Positions 19,022 to 33,826 of a DNA stretch of 64,000 nt are shown in pieces; the first letter of the stretch is position 1, and every line of letters begins with the position of its first letter. A program made the position numbers and the translations under genes. This DNA comes from Lachnospiraceae bacterium (GTDB taxonomy: Bacteria > Bacillota > Clostridia > Lachnospirales > Lachnospiraceae), in contig JAVBTX010000023.1 of assembly GCA_031555935.1 (NCBI GenBank), positions 370-64,369 on the forward strand, written 5' to 3'. The notes below the pieces were generated by a model. That model saw only the letters and a list, made by a program, of their open reading frames with translations. It ran no database searches and was not told the DNA's origin.

Positions 19022-19813
19022 CTAGCCCTGTTTCTTTTCTACTTTTTTCCACTTAAAATATTCTGCATCAAGGTCGACTTTTATCTGCGGTGCTTTTTCT
19101 GTCTGTTCCGAAGTGGCTGGCGCTTTCACGGCCGCTTCTTCGGACTTGGCATTCTCGGTGTTCTCTAGCTCGGCATCCTCTTGTTCTAATGATTTACCTA
19201 ACTTCTCAAAATATTCTGGATTTATTTTTATTTCGGTTTTCCGTCCGTCATAAATACTTTTTTCGAGCCTGCGTTCTCTGGTGATTTTGTCTTTTCCTTC
19301 TAGCTTTTCCTGACGCTCTTTTTCTATTTCTTTGTTGCGCTCGTCAATTATTTTCAAATACTTTTCAGTGTCAACCATATTTTGCAACTGGCTCTTTAGC
19401 TCTGACTGATTTTCTTTTAAGACGCTTTTACGTGAATCCATTTCTGTCTGTGTCTTCGCGAGAATTTCAGCCACTGATTCAGTTGCATTTTTCATGATTT
19501 CCTGTGCTCTCGTCAGCGCTTCATCGGTGTACAATACTGCGGCGGCATAGATATCTTCAGCACTTCTGCTAGCATTCCAAATAATCTTATCGCCCTGCTT
19601 TTTAGCTTCCCGCTCGGCCTTGTCCCGGCTTTGCTGGGTCACCTCATATTCGTCCATCATCTCGTAAATACAGCCGTTTAAATTCTTTAACTGTTCAAAC
19701 ATCTGCTTTTTCTCGACTATGATTTTTTCTCCTGTTTTATCATACAGTTCACTTCTGGATATCAGAACATGAATATCCCGCAGTACTCTTTCCAGTTTAT
19801 CCTGTGTACTCAC
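19022..19813 (-). CDS. Hypothetical coiled-coil protein
   Basis: Long ORF with RBS AAGGA; charged heptad-like sequence. Confidence 0.75.
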   Translation of the reverse strand: MSTQDKLERVLRDIHVLISRSELYDKTGEKIIVEKKQMFEQLKNLNGCIYEMMDEYEVTQQSRDKAEREAKKQGDKIIWNASRSAEDIYAAAVLYTDEALTRAQEIMKNATESVAEILAKTQTEMDSRKSVLKENQSELKSQLQNMVDTEKYLKIIDERNKEIEKERQEKLEGKDKITRERRLEKSIYDGRKTEIKINPEYFEKLGKSLEQEDAELENTENAKSEEAAVKAPATSEQTEKAPQIKVDLDAEYFKWKKVEKKQG

Positions 19814-19849
19814 GACCCGCGCTTCCTTTCTTAATCAGTTTGTCTTTCC

Positions 19850-20788
19850 TTAGCCTTTGATGTAACGAATGTTATAGGAATCCCGCTCGACTAAGCCAAT
19901 TAGATTCGGCGTTTCTCCTGCCCCCTCTAATACTTCAGCCATGCTATCGGCATCCTCTTCCGAGACGACTAGCAGCATTCCGATGCCCATATTAAAGGTC
20001 TGACGCATCTGCTCTTCGCTGATATTTCCATCTTTATGAAGCATATCATAGAGCGGCGACATATTTTCGTTTTTTTGCTTGATAACTGCTCCGGCCCGAT
20101 TATGCAGGAGCAGGCGTACAGCCCGGTCCAAACCACCATGTGCCACTTGAATACACGACTTGATTTCTATTCCTGAAGCAAATGCTGCTTCCATCGCCCG
20201 CCGATACATTTTGGTTGGGGTCAATAATAGCTCTCCCAAGGTTGCACCTAGTGATTCATAATATATTTCCATTGTTGCTTTACTTAAATACAATTTTTTG
20301 CGAGCCGCCACGTATCCGTTATTATGTAACCCACTTGCCGGCAAGCCAATGATTACATCGCCGTCCTTTAATTCTGTATGTGCCGAAACTTTTTCCTGTA
20401 CTCCCGCGGCAAATCCAACCAGGTCGTATTGATCATAGGAAAAGATGTCTGGTAACTCTTTTACTTCGCTGCCAGCATAACGGATACTGCTTTGAATACA
20501 TGCCTGCTCTATCCCGGCTTCTATCTCTTTGATTTTTTCAAGCTTCGGCCGCGCGCAGGTAATATTATCATAAAATAAGATTGGCTTTGCTCCAACCGCC
20601 AGCAAATCATTCATGGAGGCCGCTACTGCATCGATTCCAATCGTGCTAAACTGTTGCATTTCAGCTGCCAAAAACAGCTTTCCACTCACACTGTTGGTCC
20701 GTGTCACTAACATCGGCTGCTTCATTTTCAATACTGACGATAATGATATTTCATTATCCAATTCTTTTAATCCTAACTTTTCTCGCAA
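19850..20788 (-). CDS. PurM (AIR synthetase)-like protein with degenerate motifs
   Basis: GIDAVA...NDLL..GAKP, YDLVGFA, GDVIIGLP.SGLH.NGY, TFNMGIGM; N-terminus shortened and motifs altered. Confidence 0.8.
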   Translation of the reverse strand: MREKLGLKELDNEISLSSVLKMKQPMLVTRTNSVSGKLFLAAEMQQFSTIGIDAVAASMNDLLAVGAKPILFYDNITCARPKLEKIKEIEAGIEQACIQSSIRYAGSEVKELPDIFSYDQYDLVGFAAGVQEKVSAHTELKDGDVIIGLPASGLHNNGYVAARKKLYLSKATMEIYYESLGATLGELLLTPTKMYRRAMEAAFASGIEIKSCIQVAHGGLDRAVRLLLHNRAGAVIKQKNENMSPLYDMLHKDGNISEEQMRQTFNMGIGMLLVVSEEDADSMAEVLEGAGETPNLIGLVERDSYNIRYIKG

Positions 20789-20903
20789 TTTCTTTTACTC
20801 CAAATCTACTATATCTGCTTATAAAAAAATATAGCATACTACATATTGTTTGTCTACGTTTTACTGACAAGTGTCTTCTTTTTTTGACTTTTTTTGACAA
20901 GGA

Positions 20904-22037
20904 TTATATCTCAATCAACTCATACTCTCGCGTTCCGATGCCGATTTTTTCAGCATGCTCCACTCCCGATTTCCAATTGGTATCTGGATGAGTAATATGG
21001 AAATGGTCGTGTTCAAGCTCATAGTCATGAGCCTGGTCATGGTCATGTTCTTTATTTTCAGCCAAAATACTATTTGCGATTACTGGCTGGCGATTACATG
21101 CATCAACGCAGGCCATATCTAATGCGACTGGGTCGAAGGAAGCCAACATGCCAACATCTGGTATAATGGGAATGTCATTTTCACTATGGCAGTCACAGTT
21201 CGGTGACACATCACAAATTAATGAAATATGGAAACACGGCCGGTCAGCACATACTGCCTTTGTATATTCGGCAATCCGGTAGTTTAGTAAATCATTCGAA
21301 TTCCAATTGGTTGGGTTAATGGCATCCTTCGGACAGACCCCAATACATCTGCCACAGCCGACACATTTGTCCTGAACAATTTGGGCCTTACCCTCAGTGA
21401 TTACTGGTGCATCATGGGCACATATTTTCTTACATAATCCGCAGCCGACACAAGCGCTTTGGTTCACGGCTGGTTTACCCGAGCAGTGCATTTCCATTTT
21501 TCCGGCCCGACTGCCGCAGCCCATGCCAATATTTTTTATTGCACCACCAAAACCAGTTCCCTCATGGCCTTTAAAATGTGTCAGTGATATAAACACATCT
21601 GCATCCATAATTGCGCGCCCGATTTTTGCTTCTTTTACATACTCACCATTCACTGGCACTAATGCCTCATCTGTTCCTTTCAGACCGTCTGCAATGATTA
21701 CGTGACAGCCTGTGGAAAATGGTGAAAAGCCGTTTTCATATGCGGTGTCCATGTGGTCTAGCGCATTCTTGCGGCTTCCGACATACAATGTGTTACAATC
21801 AGTCAAAAATGCTTTTCCGCCACCCTCTTTGACCAAATCAGCCACTACTTTTGCATAATTCGGTCGTAAAAATGCTAAATTACCAAGCTCGCCAAAATGT
21901 ATTTTGATGGCGGCATACTTATCCTCAAAATCAATTTCTTTCATTCCCGCCGTAATGCAAAGCCGACGCAGCTTTTGTAATAAGTTCTCAGAACCAGTCG
22001 TTTTAAAGCTGGTATAATATACTTTTGATCTTTCCAT
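20904..22037 (-). CDS. DUF362 Fe-S protein with a 2x[4Fe-4S] domain
   Basis: KIHFGE.GN, LTDCNTLY.G.R, THFKGH, two CxxCxxCxxxC motifs. Confidence 0.88.
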   Translation of the reverse strand: MERSKVYYTSFKTTGSENLLQKLRRLCITAGMKEIDFEDKYAAIKIHFGELGNLAFLRPNYAKVVADLVKEGGGKAFLTDCNTLYVGSRKNALDHMDTAYENGFSPFSTGCHVIIADGLKGTDEALVPVNGEYVKEAKIGRAIMDADVFISLTHFKGHEGTGFGGAIKNIGMGCGSRAGKMEMHCSGKPAVNQSACVGCGLCKKICAHDAPVITEGKAQIVQDKCVGCGRCIGVCPKDAINPTNWNSNDLLNYRIAEYTKAVCADRPCFHISLICDVSPNCDCHSENDIPIIPDVGMLASFDPVALDMACVDACNRQPVIANSILAENKEHDHDQAHDYELEHDHFHITHPDTNWKSGVEHAEKIGIGTREYELIEI

Positions 22038-22202
22038 CGTTGCTTCTCCTTATTTTTTAAGATTTACCTATTATAACATATTTCGTGCTCACCATGTAGG
22101 CGTATTTTTTACCCCTTATCCAATTGTCAAAGCGGAATATTTGTTTTTCTAGTTTTATGACATAAAAAATCCTCTGAGTTTTTTTCTCAGAGGAACTTCT
22201 TT

Positions 22203-23357
22203 CTAACCCTTATGATATTCAGCTTTTCCATTGATAATAGTGTATTCTATCTGAGGAGCTACAACAAATGGACTACCTTTGATAATCACAAAATCCCCAT
22301 CCTTTCCTTTTTCGATGGAGCCCACACGCTCCGCCACCCCAACGTGTTTCGCCGGATTTATGGTAATTGCCTGCAAGGCTTGGTGCTCACTCATACCGGC
22401 TGTTATTGCCATTGCGGCACACAATGTCAAATATTGCTCCTGTACGACCGGTGAATCGGTAATAATTGACACTTGGCATCCAGCCTTTGCCAATATCCCT
22501 GGTGTAATAAAGCTTCGATGTTCCAATTCCTGTTTGGATGGGTGTCCCATTGATGGTCCCACCGCAATTGGATATCCAGCATTGACAAGTTCCTCCGCAA
22601 TCAAGTGTCCATCCGTGCAATGTTCTATTGTTAAATCAAGATTGAATTCTTTTGCAATTCTTATCGCAGTAAAGATATCGTCGGCCCGATGCGCATGAGC
22701 CTTGAGTGGGATTTCTTTTCTGATGACCGGCAACATTGCCTCTAGCTTGGCATCAAATTGTGTATGTTCTTGTTCGTAAGCAATAGTTTTTTGGATTATT
22801 TCACGTAACTTTGCGGCGATTGTCATACGGCAGTTAATCTCCGTATCGCGATAACAGGTCTTTGGATTTTCGCCAAATGCACATTTCATTGCTGCCTTTT
22901 TCTTTATTACCATATCGTCCACACGTTTTCCGACGGTCTTTATCACGCAAAACGTTCCTCCAACCACATTCGAGCTGCCTGGCCCTGCTGCCACACAGGT
23001 AACTCCTGCTCGCCGCGCCATTTCAAAGCTTACATCCATTGGATTTATTCCATCTAACGCGGATAGCTGTGGCGTTATGCTATCGTTTTCTTCATTATAA
23101 TCACGACCTGCAAAGCCGCTGGCATAGCCATCCAAACCAATATGCCCATGTGCTTCAACAAAGCCCGGATACACACGATATCCGCTAGCATCTATGATTT
23201 TTGCATCATTGACAATCCGCCCTTCGATGATTTCATCTATTTTTTCGATTTTACCGCTTTTCACGAGAATATCCCCAACTCTTGGTGTTTCTGATATTCC
23301 ATCGTATATTTCGCCCTGCTTAATTAATAATTGTTCTTCCATATGCCGCCGCTCCAT
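22203..23357 (-). CDS. Metal-dependent amidohydrolase
   Basis: PGFVEAHGHIG, KCAFGENPK, HAHRADDI, EHCT, ITDSP, TINPA. Confidence 0.9.
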   Translation of the reverse strand: MERRHMEEQLLIKQGEIYDGISETPRVGDILVKSGKIEKIDEIIEGRIVNDAKIIDASGYRVYPGFVEAHGHIGLDGYASGFAGRDYNEENDSITPQLSALDGINPMDVSFEMARRAGVTCVAAGPGSSNVVGGTFCVIKTVGKRVDDMVIKKKAAMKCAFGENPKTCYRDTEINCRMTIAAKLREIIQKTIAYEQEHTQFDAKLEAMLPVIRKEIPLKAHAHRADDIFTAIRIAKEFNLDLTIEHCTDGHLIAEELVNAGYPIAVGPSMGHPSKQELEHRSFITPGILAKAGCQVSIITDSPVVQEQYLTLCAAMAITAGMSEHQALQAITINPAKHVGVAERVGSIEKGKDGDFVIIKGSPFVVAPQIEYTIINGKAEYHKG

Positions 23358-23418
23358 TTCCTGATAAAAGTATTTCCATCAATTAATATGTACACAGCGC
23401 CATTTTTTATGTATGAAA

Positions 23419-24345
23419 TTAGATTTCCTTAAAAAATTGATATGCATTGGCAAAGAATATTTTTTCTATGATAGTCTCTGAAAATCCTGCTTTTCTCATT
23501 TCTTTCTGGATTTTGGGAATCGATTCCACACCGGTAATTCCGTTCGGAAAGCGATTGCTGCAACCATCAAAATCACTGCCAATGGCTAACACCGCTTCTC
23601 CGCCAAGGCCTAAAATGTAGTCCATATGGGTAAATATGTCCTTCATCGTCGCAGATTCTTCAGAATTGACAAACGGTGCATAAAAATTTATTCCAATCAA
23701 ACCGTTTCTACGAATTATCTCCTGAATCTGTACTTTGGTAAGGTTGCGTGGATTTTCACAGCACTCCCGTGCATTGGAATGCGATGCAATAATAGGTGCA
23801 TCCGTCAATTCCAAAATATCTTCTACGCCAGCATCCGACAAATGTGAAATATCTAACCGGATATTTTGCCGAATAAGGCTTCTGACTAAATCTTTGCCAG
23901 CTTCGGTTAGTCCACTCTTCTGATTATAGGCGGCTCCGGTGGCATACTGATTCTCATAGTTCCAAGTCAGCATTGCCACCGTGAAGCCAAGTTCTTTTAT
24001 CCGCTCTACCTGGCTACCCATTAGGGAAATATCCTCGATTGCCAAAAAGGCTGCTGCCTTTTTAGCTCGCAGCGCCGTCTCCATCTCCCGACCGGTCCGG
24101 CACAGTGATATATGCTCCTGTTGCGCTGCTAGCAATTGCATGATTTTTTGATATATGCATGTAAACTCCGCCTCACAATCATTATTCGTGGTGCTTTTTG
24201 CATCCTTCCACAATGCAAATACCTGCACATATTTACTTGCAAAGGCTTTTACGCGTTCTAAATCCAGATTATTTGCATTCTTCCACAGAGTGTCCGGGAC
24301 ATGTATCTCGGTCAGCGTATCTGCATGGCAATCAAAATAGTTCAT
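23419..24345 (-). CDS. Membrane dipeptidase (M19) family protein
   Basis: DCHADT, LTWNYEN, DISHL, ASHSN, IGSDFDG. Confidence 0.9.
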   Translation of the reverse strand: MNYFDCHADTLTEIHVPDTLWKNANNLDLERVKAFASKYVQVFALWKDAKSTTNNDCEAEFTCIYQKIMQLLAAQQEHISLCRTGREMETALRAKKAAAFLAIEDISLMGSQVERIKELGFTVAMLTWNYENQYATGAAYNQKSGLTEAGKDLVRSLIRQNIRLDISHLSDAGVEDILELTDAPIIASHSNARECCENPRNLTKVQIQEIIRRNGLIGINFYAPFVNSEESATMKDIFTHMDYILGLGGEAVLAIGSDFDGCSNRFPNGITGVESIPKIQKEMRKAGFSETIIEKIFFANAYQFFKEI

Positions 24346-24415
24346 CTTATCTTTTCCACCTTTATAAACTGATATCTCTCTTATTATAATGCTGCTAAAA
24401 CTTAAATTAGTACCT

Positions 24416-25900
24416 TTACCAATTAACACTTGTATAATATCTTTGCTTTTTACTTTTTGGCTTCTCAGGCATTGTCATTTTTAATTTTCCGGCATCAACT
24501 AAAGGCTTAATGAATTTAGCTACCACATAAAACTGGGTCTGTATGCCTAGAAATGCCGCAATTTCTTCCCGGCTTCTTGGCTCCATACAATATTCTAGTA
24601 GATGTAGTTTGGGCTTAGCGTAGTAGGATATTGTTTCTTCCACTGCAAGTACAGGAATAGCCTGTTCGATATAGTGATCACTACTATTATAAATTGTCAC
24701 AACAAACTCATTTCGACGATTTTCAAAAATTGGCTCCGGCAATCCATGAGCTTCCATTTCACGACGAATTGTCGGAATACCAGAATAACGATTTTCCGCT
24801 GCTGTCATACTTTCTGCTATAATTGCCAACGCCGGATTACGTAAGTCAGGCTTGGCAATCCCCAATTGCTCGACGGTCATGCGCCCATAGAGATTACCTG
24901 GACTGTGAATTTCGATTCGATTGGAAAAAATATTAATTTGCACTGGTGTGCCTTCCGTATGTGCACTGTAATCACGGTGCAACACGGCATTTAGCACGGC
25001 TTCGCGAATCGCGTTGATTGGATATTCTGTTTTATCCCGGCGTTTTCCGCTGTCAGGGTCAATAATTGTTCTGGTTTTCATATTGCGTTTGCAAAAGGTA
25101 ATGGCATCCTCCACCATTTCCTCAATTGTTCCTTCAATCCGCTTATTGTCAATGAATCTTGCACCATCATCGGCTACATCTCCAATCTCATAGCCTTGTA
25201 CCGCAATTGCCGTAATACATAGTTGCGGAAAAACACCTTGCGGATAAATACCAAAATTCATCCATGCCGCTAAGGTTGGAATTCCATCTCTGGTGATATT
25301 CAGCATCTCGTAAATCTGCTCTTCTTCCATCTGATTAAACTGCGGACGCTCCTTTTTTCGCTCACGAAGATAATCTGCAATTCGGTTTTCATCCAAAAGC
25401 TTCATCTTCGCTCGTTCCACTGCCCGCTCATCATCATGGAAATGTCGGCGATATGCTTCATAGCTGTATATCTCATAATCTGTCATTGGCAAATCCGCAT
25501 CGCCGACCCGGATATAGGAGCCTTTAATTCTTCCCGAGCCACGATAATAACATGGCCTGTCGGCTACATCCACCGCCGGAATCTCGGCTGCACAAATTAA
25601 AACCCCTTCAAATTCTGCGGTTGTAAATACCGCCCGTACCGGCGGCTCCATCTGATTGCATTGCTCCGTAACCTGCTTTTGTAAATCCTGCGCATCATAA
25701 ACACCAACGGCCTCAAATCCGCGCATTTCATCTAACCCAAACACAAGAATACCACCAGAATCCTGATTGGAAAAAGACGAAAGCGAATCGTAAAGCCGCT
25801 TCGGACATCCTAAGTGAGCCGCCTTAACTTCAATCGTCGGAGTTTCGGCCCGATGAAACTGAATCGTAGTAATAATGTCTAAAAGTTCTTTTGCTAACAT
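24416..25900 (-). CDS. AlbA_2 (Schlafen-like) + HATPase_c_4 protein with C-terminal HTH
   Basis: E...EVK.A, SFSN..GG.LVFG; EYP..AIREAVLNAVLHRDY, RNP, ENRYSGI; C-terminal KPKSKKQRY. Confidence 0.85.
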   Translation of the reverse strand: MLAKELLDIITTIQFHRAETPTIEVKAAHLGCPKRLYDSLSSFSNQDSGGILVFGLDEMRGFEAVGVYDAQDLQKQVTEQCNQMEPPVRAVFTTAEFEGVLICAAEIPAVDVADRPCYYRGSGRIKGSYIRVGDADLPMTDYEIYSYEAYRRHFHDDERAVERAKMKLLDENRIADYLRERKKERPQFNQMEEEQIYEMLNITRDGIPTLAAWMNFGIYPQGVFPQLCITAIAVQGYEIGDVADDGARFIDNKRIEGTIEEMVEDAITFCKRNMKTRTIIDPDSGKRRDKTEYPINAIREAVLNAVLHRDYSAHTEGTPVQINIFSNRIEIHSPGNLYGRMTVEQLGIAKPDLRNPALAIIAESMTAAENRYSGIPTIRREMEAHGLPEPIFENRRNEFVVTIYNSSDHYIEQAIPVLAVEETISYYAKPKLHLLEYCMEPRSREEIAAFLGIQTQFYVVAKFIKPLVDAGKLKMTMPEKPKSKKQRYYTSVNW

Positions 25901-26071
25901 ATCATCACCTCTATGATTATTTTAGCAAATAAAGATGGGAAATGCAAACAAAAAAATTGTTTTTACAAATATAGTTTGCTAATTTATATTTATACAAACA
26001 AAAGGCCTTTTCACAGTTTGCTTATTAAAGCATCTGCAAAAAGGTCTTTGATTATCTAATCATATTTAGTA

Positions 26072-26479
26072 TTATTTACTTGCTTCAATTCGCACTAACG
26101 CTTTTCGAAGCGCAATCTCCGCCCGGCGAAGGTCAATATCATTCGTCTTGGCCGATAAACGCTCCTCGGCTCGCTGTTTGGCTGCCTCCGCTCGTTTTTC
26201 GTCAATTTCATCCGGCCACTCCGCAATTTCTGCCAACAGTGTTATCTTTTCTGGCAGAATTTCTGCAAAACCGGCATGGACAGCGGCTGTTTTTTTGCCA
26301 TCCTCCATTGTCAACGTTACAATTCCCGGTGCTAACACCGTTGTCGTCGCAACGTGATGTTTATAGATACCAACTTCTCCGTTTACCGTATTGAATTCAA
26401 TCATCTGCGCGGTACCGGTAAAAAAAACACGGTCTGGGGTGATAATTTCCACTTCAAAAAATTTATTTTCATCTGCCAT
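26072..26479 (-). CDS. atpC: ATP synthase F1 epsilon
   Basis: EIITPDR, GEVGI..HH, IDEKRAEAAKQRAEERL; operon position. Confidence 0.96.
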   Translation of the reverse strand: MADENKFFEVEIITPDRVFFTGTAQMIEFNTVNGEVGIYKHHVATTTVLAPGIVTLTMEDGKKTAAVHAGFAEILPEKITLLAEIAEWPDEIDEKRAEAAKQRAEERLSAKTNDIDLRRAEIALRKALVRIEASK

Positions 26480-26489
26480 GATTCACCCC

Positions 26490-27896
<1,407 letters not shown>

Positions 27897-27912
27897 TTAA
27901 TTTTAGATTTTA

Positions 27913-28770
27913 TTAGGATATTGCATTTGCTCCTGCAATAATTTCTGTTAATTCCTGCGTAATAGAACCTTGACGAGCTCTATTATATTTCAGTGACAAA
28001 TCACTAATCATGTCCTCCGCATTGCTTGTTGCGGAATCCATCGCCTGCATTCTGGCACCATTTTCACTGGCAACCGCTTCTATCAACGCACCATAGATTA
28101 AGCTGGTGACATACTTTGGTATAATCAAATCCAAAGCTTCCTCTTCATTTGGCTCATAATTCATCAACACGTGAGGTTCCTCCGCGGCCAAATCCGCTTC
28201 TGACACATCAACCGGCAATAGCTTCATCAGCTTCGGTTCATGTACCACCGTGTTTTTAAAATGTGTATATGCCAGATAAATCTCACCAATTTCATCGTCC
28301 CGATAAGCCTTTAATAGTTTCTCACTAAGGACAACTGCATCCTCAAAAACGGGTGCTTCGATTACCTCGGAACCATCAATTTTAATATTGTATCCACGGC
28401 GTTCCAACACTTCCTGCCCCCGATGTCCGATCGCGTAGATGTCTACTTCATCCGGCGCAAACTCACCGCCAGTTACCAGTTTAATGACATTGGCATTATA
28501 ACCGCCAGCTAAGCCACGGTTCGAAGTAATAACAACAATTGCTTTTCGTTTCGATTGACCACCGGTCAAATAGGGATGATTAATCCCACCAGAACGAGCC
28601 AGCATGGAAGATACCGTTTTGTACATATAGTTAAAATATGGATTCGTCTGCTCCGCACGCCCTTTGGCTTTTTGGAGTTTTACGGTTGAAACAAGCTTCA
28701 TGGCTTTCGTGATTTGCTGCGTACTTTGAATACTGCTTTTCCGTCTTTTTATGTCTCTCATCGAGGCCAT
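27913..28770 (-). CDS. atpG: ATP synthase F1 gamma
   Basis: QITKAMKLV, RGLAGGYN, RARQGSITQELTEI. Confidence 0.97.
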   Translation of the reverse strand: MASMRDIKRRKSSIQSTQQITKAMKLVSTVKLQKAKGRAEQTNPYFNYMYKTVSSMLARSGGINHPYLTGGQSKRKAIVVITSNRGLAGGYNANVIKLVTGGEFAPDEVDIYAIGHRGQEVLERRGYNIKIDGSEVIEAPVFEDAVVLSEKLLKAYRDDEIGEIYLAYTHFKNTVVHEPKLMKLLPVDVSEADLAAEEPHVLMNYEPNEEEALDLIIPKYVTSLIYGALIEAVASENGARMQAMDSATSNAEDMISDLSLKYNRARQGSITQELTEIIAGANAIS

Positions 28771-28797
28771 AATTTTCACCGCCTTTCAAGCATTCGA

Positions 28798-30853
<2,056 letters not shown>

Positions 30854-30866
<13 letters not shown>

Positions 30867-31390
30867 GTCGAATCACCTATTTCTTTCAATGTCTCTTCCA
30901 CGAGAATGTCCTGTATCCGTGTATCAATTGACGCGGCAACAACCTTGCCCGCCATCAGGGATGCAATCGAAATCATCTCTTTTTTCATGTCATCCATAAC
31001 TCGTTTCTTCTCAAGCTCTGCCTCTTCATTGGCACGCTTGATAATGCGGACCGCTTCTTCTTTTGCTTCCTCAATCATTCGCGCTTCGCTCTTTATCGCT
31101 TTTTGACGAGCCTCGCTTAAAATCGCTTCCGCTTCTTTTTCAATATTCTTGATTCGGCTGTCATATTCCGTCTTCATTTCCGCCGCGGCTGCTTTATCCG
31201 CAATCGCATCGTTGATGTCATTTTGAATTTTTTCCTGACGTTTTTTCAACATCGCGCGTGCCGGATTAAATAACAGATAGGATAATAAGGTAAATAAAGT
31301 AAATACTGCAATTGCTAACAGCACCGTATCATGTAATAACTGAAAATCTAAATTAAATAATCTTGTCATTTCACTTGTCATGATTATCAT
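30854..31390 (-). CDS. atpF: ATP synthase Fo subunit b
   Basis: Single TM followed by a long charged helix; operon position. Confidence 0.93.
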
Positions 31391-31436
31391 ATTTCAGGAC
31401 CTGCCTCCTTTCTTACTAATCTCCATTTCAAAGTCT

Positions 31437-31490
31437 GGCGACTTTGAGTAAAGCTCAAATCGCCGTGCGAAAAAACTTGTTTTTTCGCAC
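31437..31490. repeat. Double-hairpin REP-like element between atpE and atpF
   Basis: GGCGA..TCGCC hairpin abutting a GTGCGAAAAAAC..TTTTTTCGCAC hairpin; same design as 46064-46132. Confidence 0.55.
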
Positions 31491-31493
31491 TTC

Positions 31494-32508
<1,015 letters not shown>

Positions 32509-32532
32509 AGTCTCACCTCCTTAATCAATTTT

Positions 32533-32955
32533 TTATTTTTCGTTGTCAAAAGACTCCTTTCTTTGCCCTGTCAGTTTTTCAATTGCTTTATGTGTAAGAG
32601 GTTGCAGATATGCACCTGCCTTTAACCCCATTACGCCGATAAATAACGTTAGTAGATTTCCCAATTTGAAATATACAACCAGGAAAAATATCAATACCAC
32701 TACAACATATCGTAACAATGATTGTACAATCATTTTACCGCGTGCCTTGTGCTCTAACACCAGATTAATCGAATCTTCAATGGCCACTGCCATATGAATG
32801 ATCATTCCGACTGCCATAAAAATGCCAATCCACAAGCCAGTCGAATAACGCAGCTTATCGGTTACAAACCAGACTCCGGCCATTTGAATCAGCACGCCAT
32901 ATATCATAATTCCCACAATTAGTTCCGGTAATACCCGGTTAATCCTTCTTAACAT
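32533..32955 (-). CDS. atpI: ATP synthase protein I
   Basis: Four TM segments; directly upstream of atpB. Confidence 0.75.
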   Translation of the reverse strand: MLRRINRVLPELIVGIMIYGVLIQMAGVWFVTDKLRYSTGLWIGIFMAVGMIIHMAVAIEDSINLVLEHKARGKMIVQSLLRYVVVVLIFFLVVYFKLGNLLTLFIGVMGLKAGAYLQPLTHKAIEKLTGQRKESFDNEK

Positions 32956-33178
32956 CTTTTTTTTCCTTCTTATCATACACCTTTTTGGCCATTATAAAGA
33001 TATTCCGAAAACCAGCTATTGCGCCAATAAAAAAAAGCGGAACGACCAAGATCTTATGGCCCGTTTTGTCAGACAGATAAACGCCTAACGCCGTGCACAT
33101 AAGTATCGGAACAATCATGTTGATGCCAAACTGCATGATAAATACAAATGATTCATACACGTTCTTTTTATATTTCAC
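32939..33178 (-). CDS. AtpZ/AtpI family small membrane protein
   Basis: QFGINMIVPI...GVYL.D......G..AGFRN; first gene of the atp operon. Confidence 0.8.
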   Translation of the reverse strand: MKYKKNVYESFVFIMQFGINMIVPILMCTALGVYLSDKTGHKILVVPLFFIGAIAGFRNIFIMAKKVYDKKEKKDVKKD

Positions 33179-33253
33179 ATGTTGCTCCTTTCCATCCCTT
33201 TTTTCCCACTTCATGATTATACCATTTCTACCAAAATTTTGTCTATCAATTTT

Positions 33254-33751
33254 CTAAAGCGTTACTTCGATTTTACGATCGGTCGAATTGTACTCATAGT
33301 AGCGAACTCCCGCCGCATTCATCATTCGTTTCGAAGCAATTACGGCGTGTGTATTCGCATACTTGTCATTCGCGTAAACGATTGTCCGTATTCCCGCCTG
33401 AATAATAGCCTTCGCACACTCGTTACACGGAAATAATGTTACGTACATTTTAGCGCCTTCCAAACTGCCGCCACGATAGTTAAGAATTGCATTTAACTCG
33501 CTATGGGTGGTGTAAAAATACTTGCTATTTAATGGTTCCCCTTCTCGCTCCCACGGAAATTCATCATCAGAACAACCTTTGGGAAAGCCATTATAACCCA
33601 TTGAAAGAATCTTATTGTCTTCACTGACGATGCAAGCCCCCACCTGAGTATTCGGGTCCTTGGAACGCATCCCTGACAGTAGGGCCACGCCCATAAAATA
33701 TTCATCCCAGCTAATATAGTCTTTGCGTTTTTCGCTCATTTTAATAACCAT
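33254..33751 (-). CDS. dCMP deaminase
   Basis: RSKDPNTQVGACIV, HSELNAI, FPCNECAK. Confidence 0.93.
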   Translation of the reverse strand: MVIKMSEKRKDYISWDEYFMGVALLSGMRSKDPNTQVGACIVSEDNKILSMGYNGFPKGCSDDEFPWEREGEPLNSKYFYTTHSELNAILNYRGGSLEGAKMYVTLFPCNECAKAIIQAGIRTIVYANDKYANTHAVIASKRMMNAAGVRYYEYNSTDRKIEVTL

Positions 33752-33826
33752 ACCTCCTTATTTAGAAAGGGGCCGAGGAAATCCTGCTTAAGAAGTATGC
33801 AGGATTTGCCCAGCTCCATCTATTAT

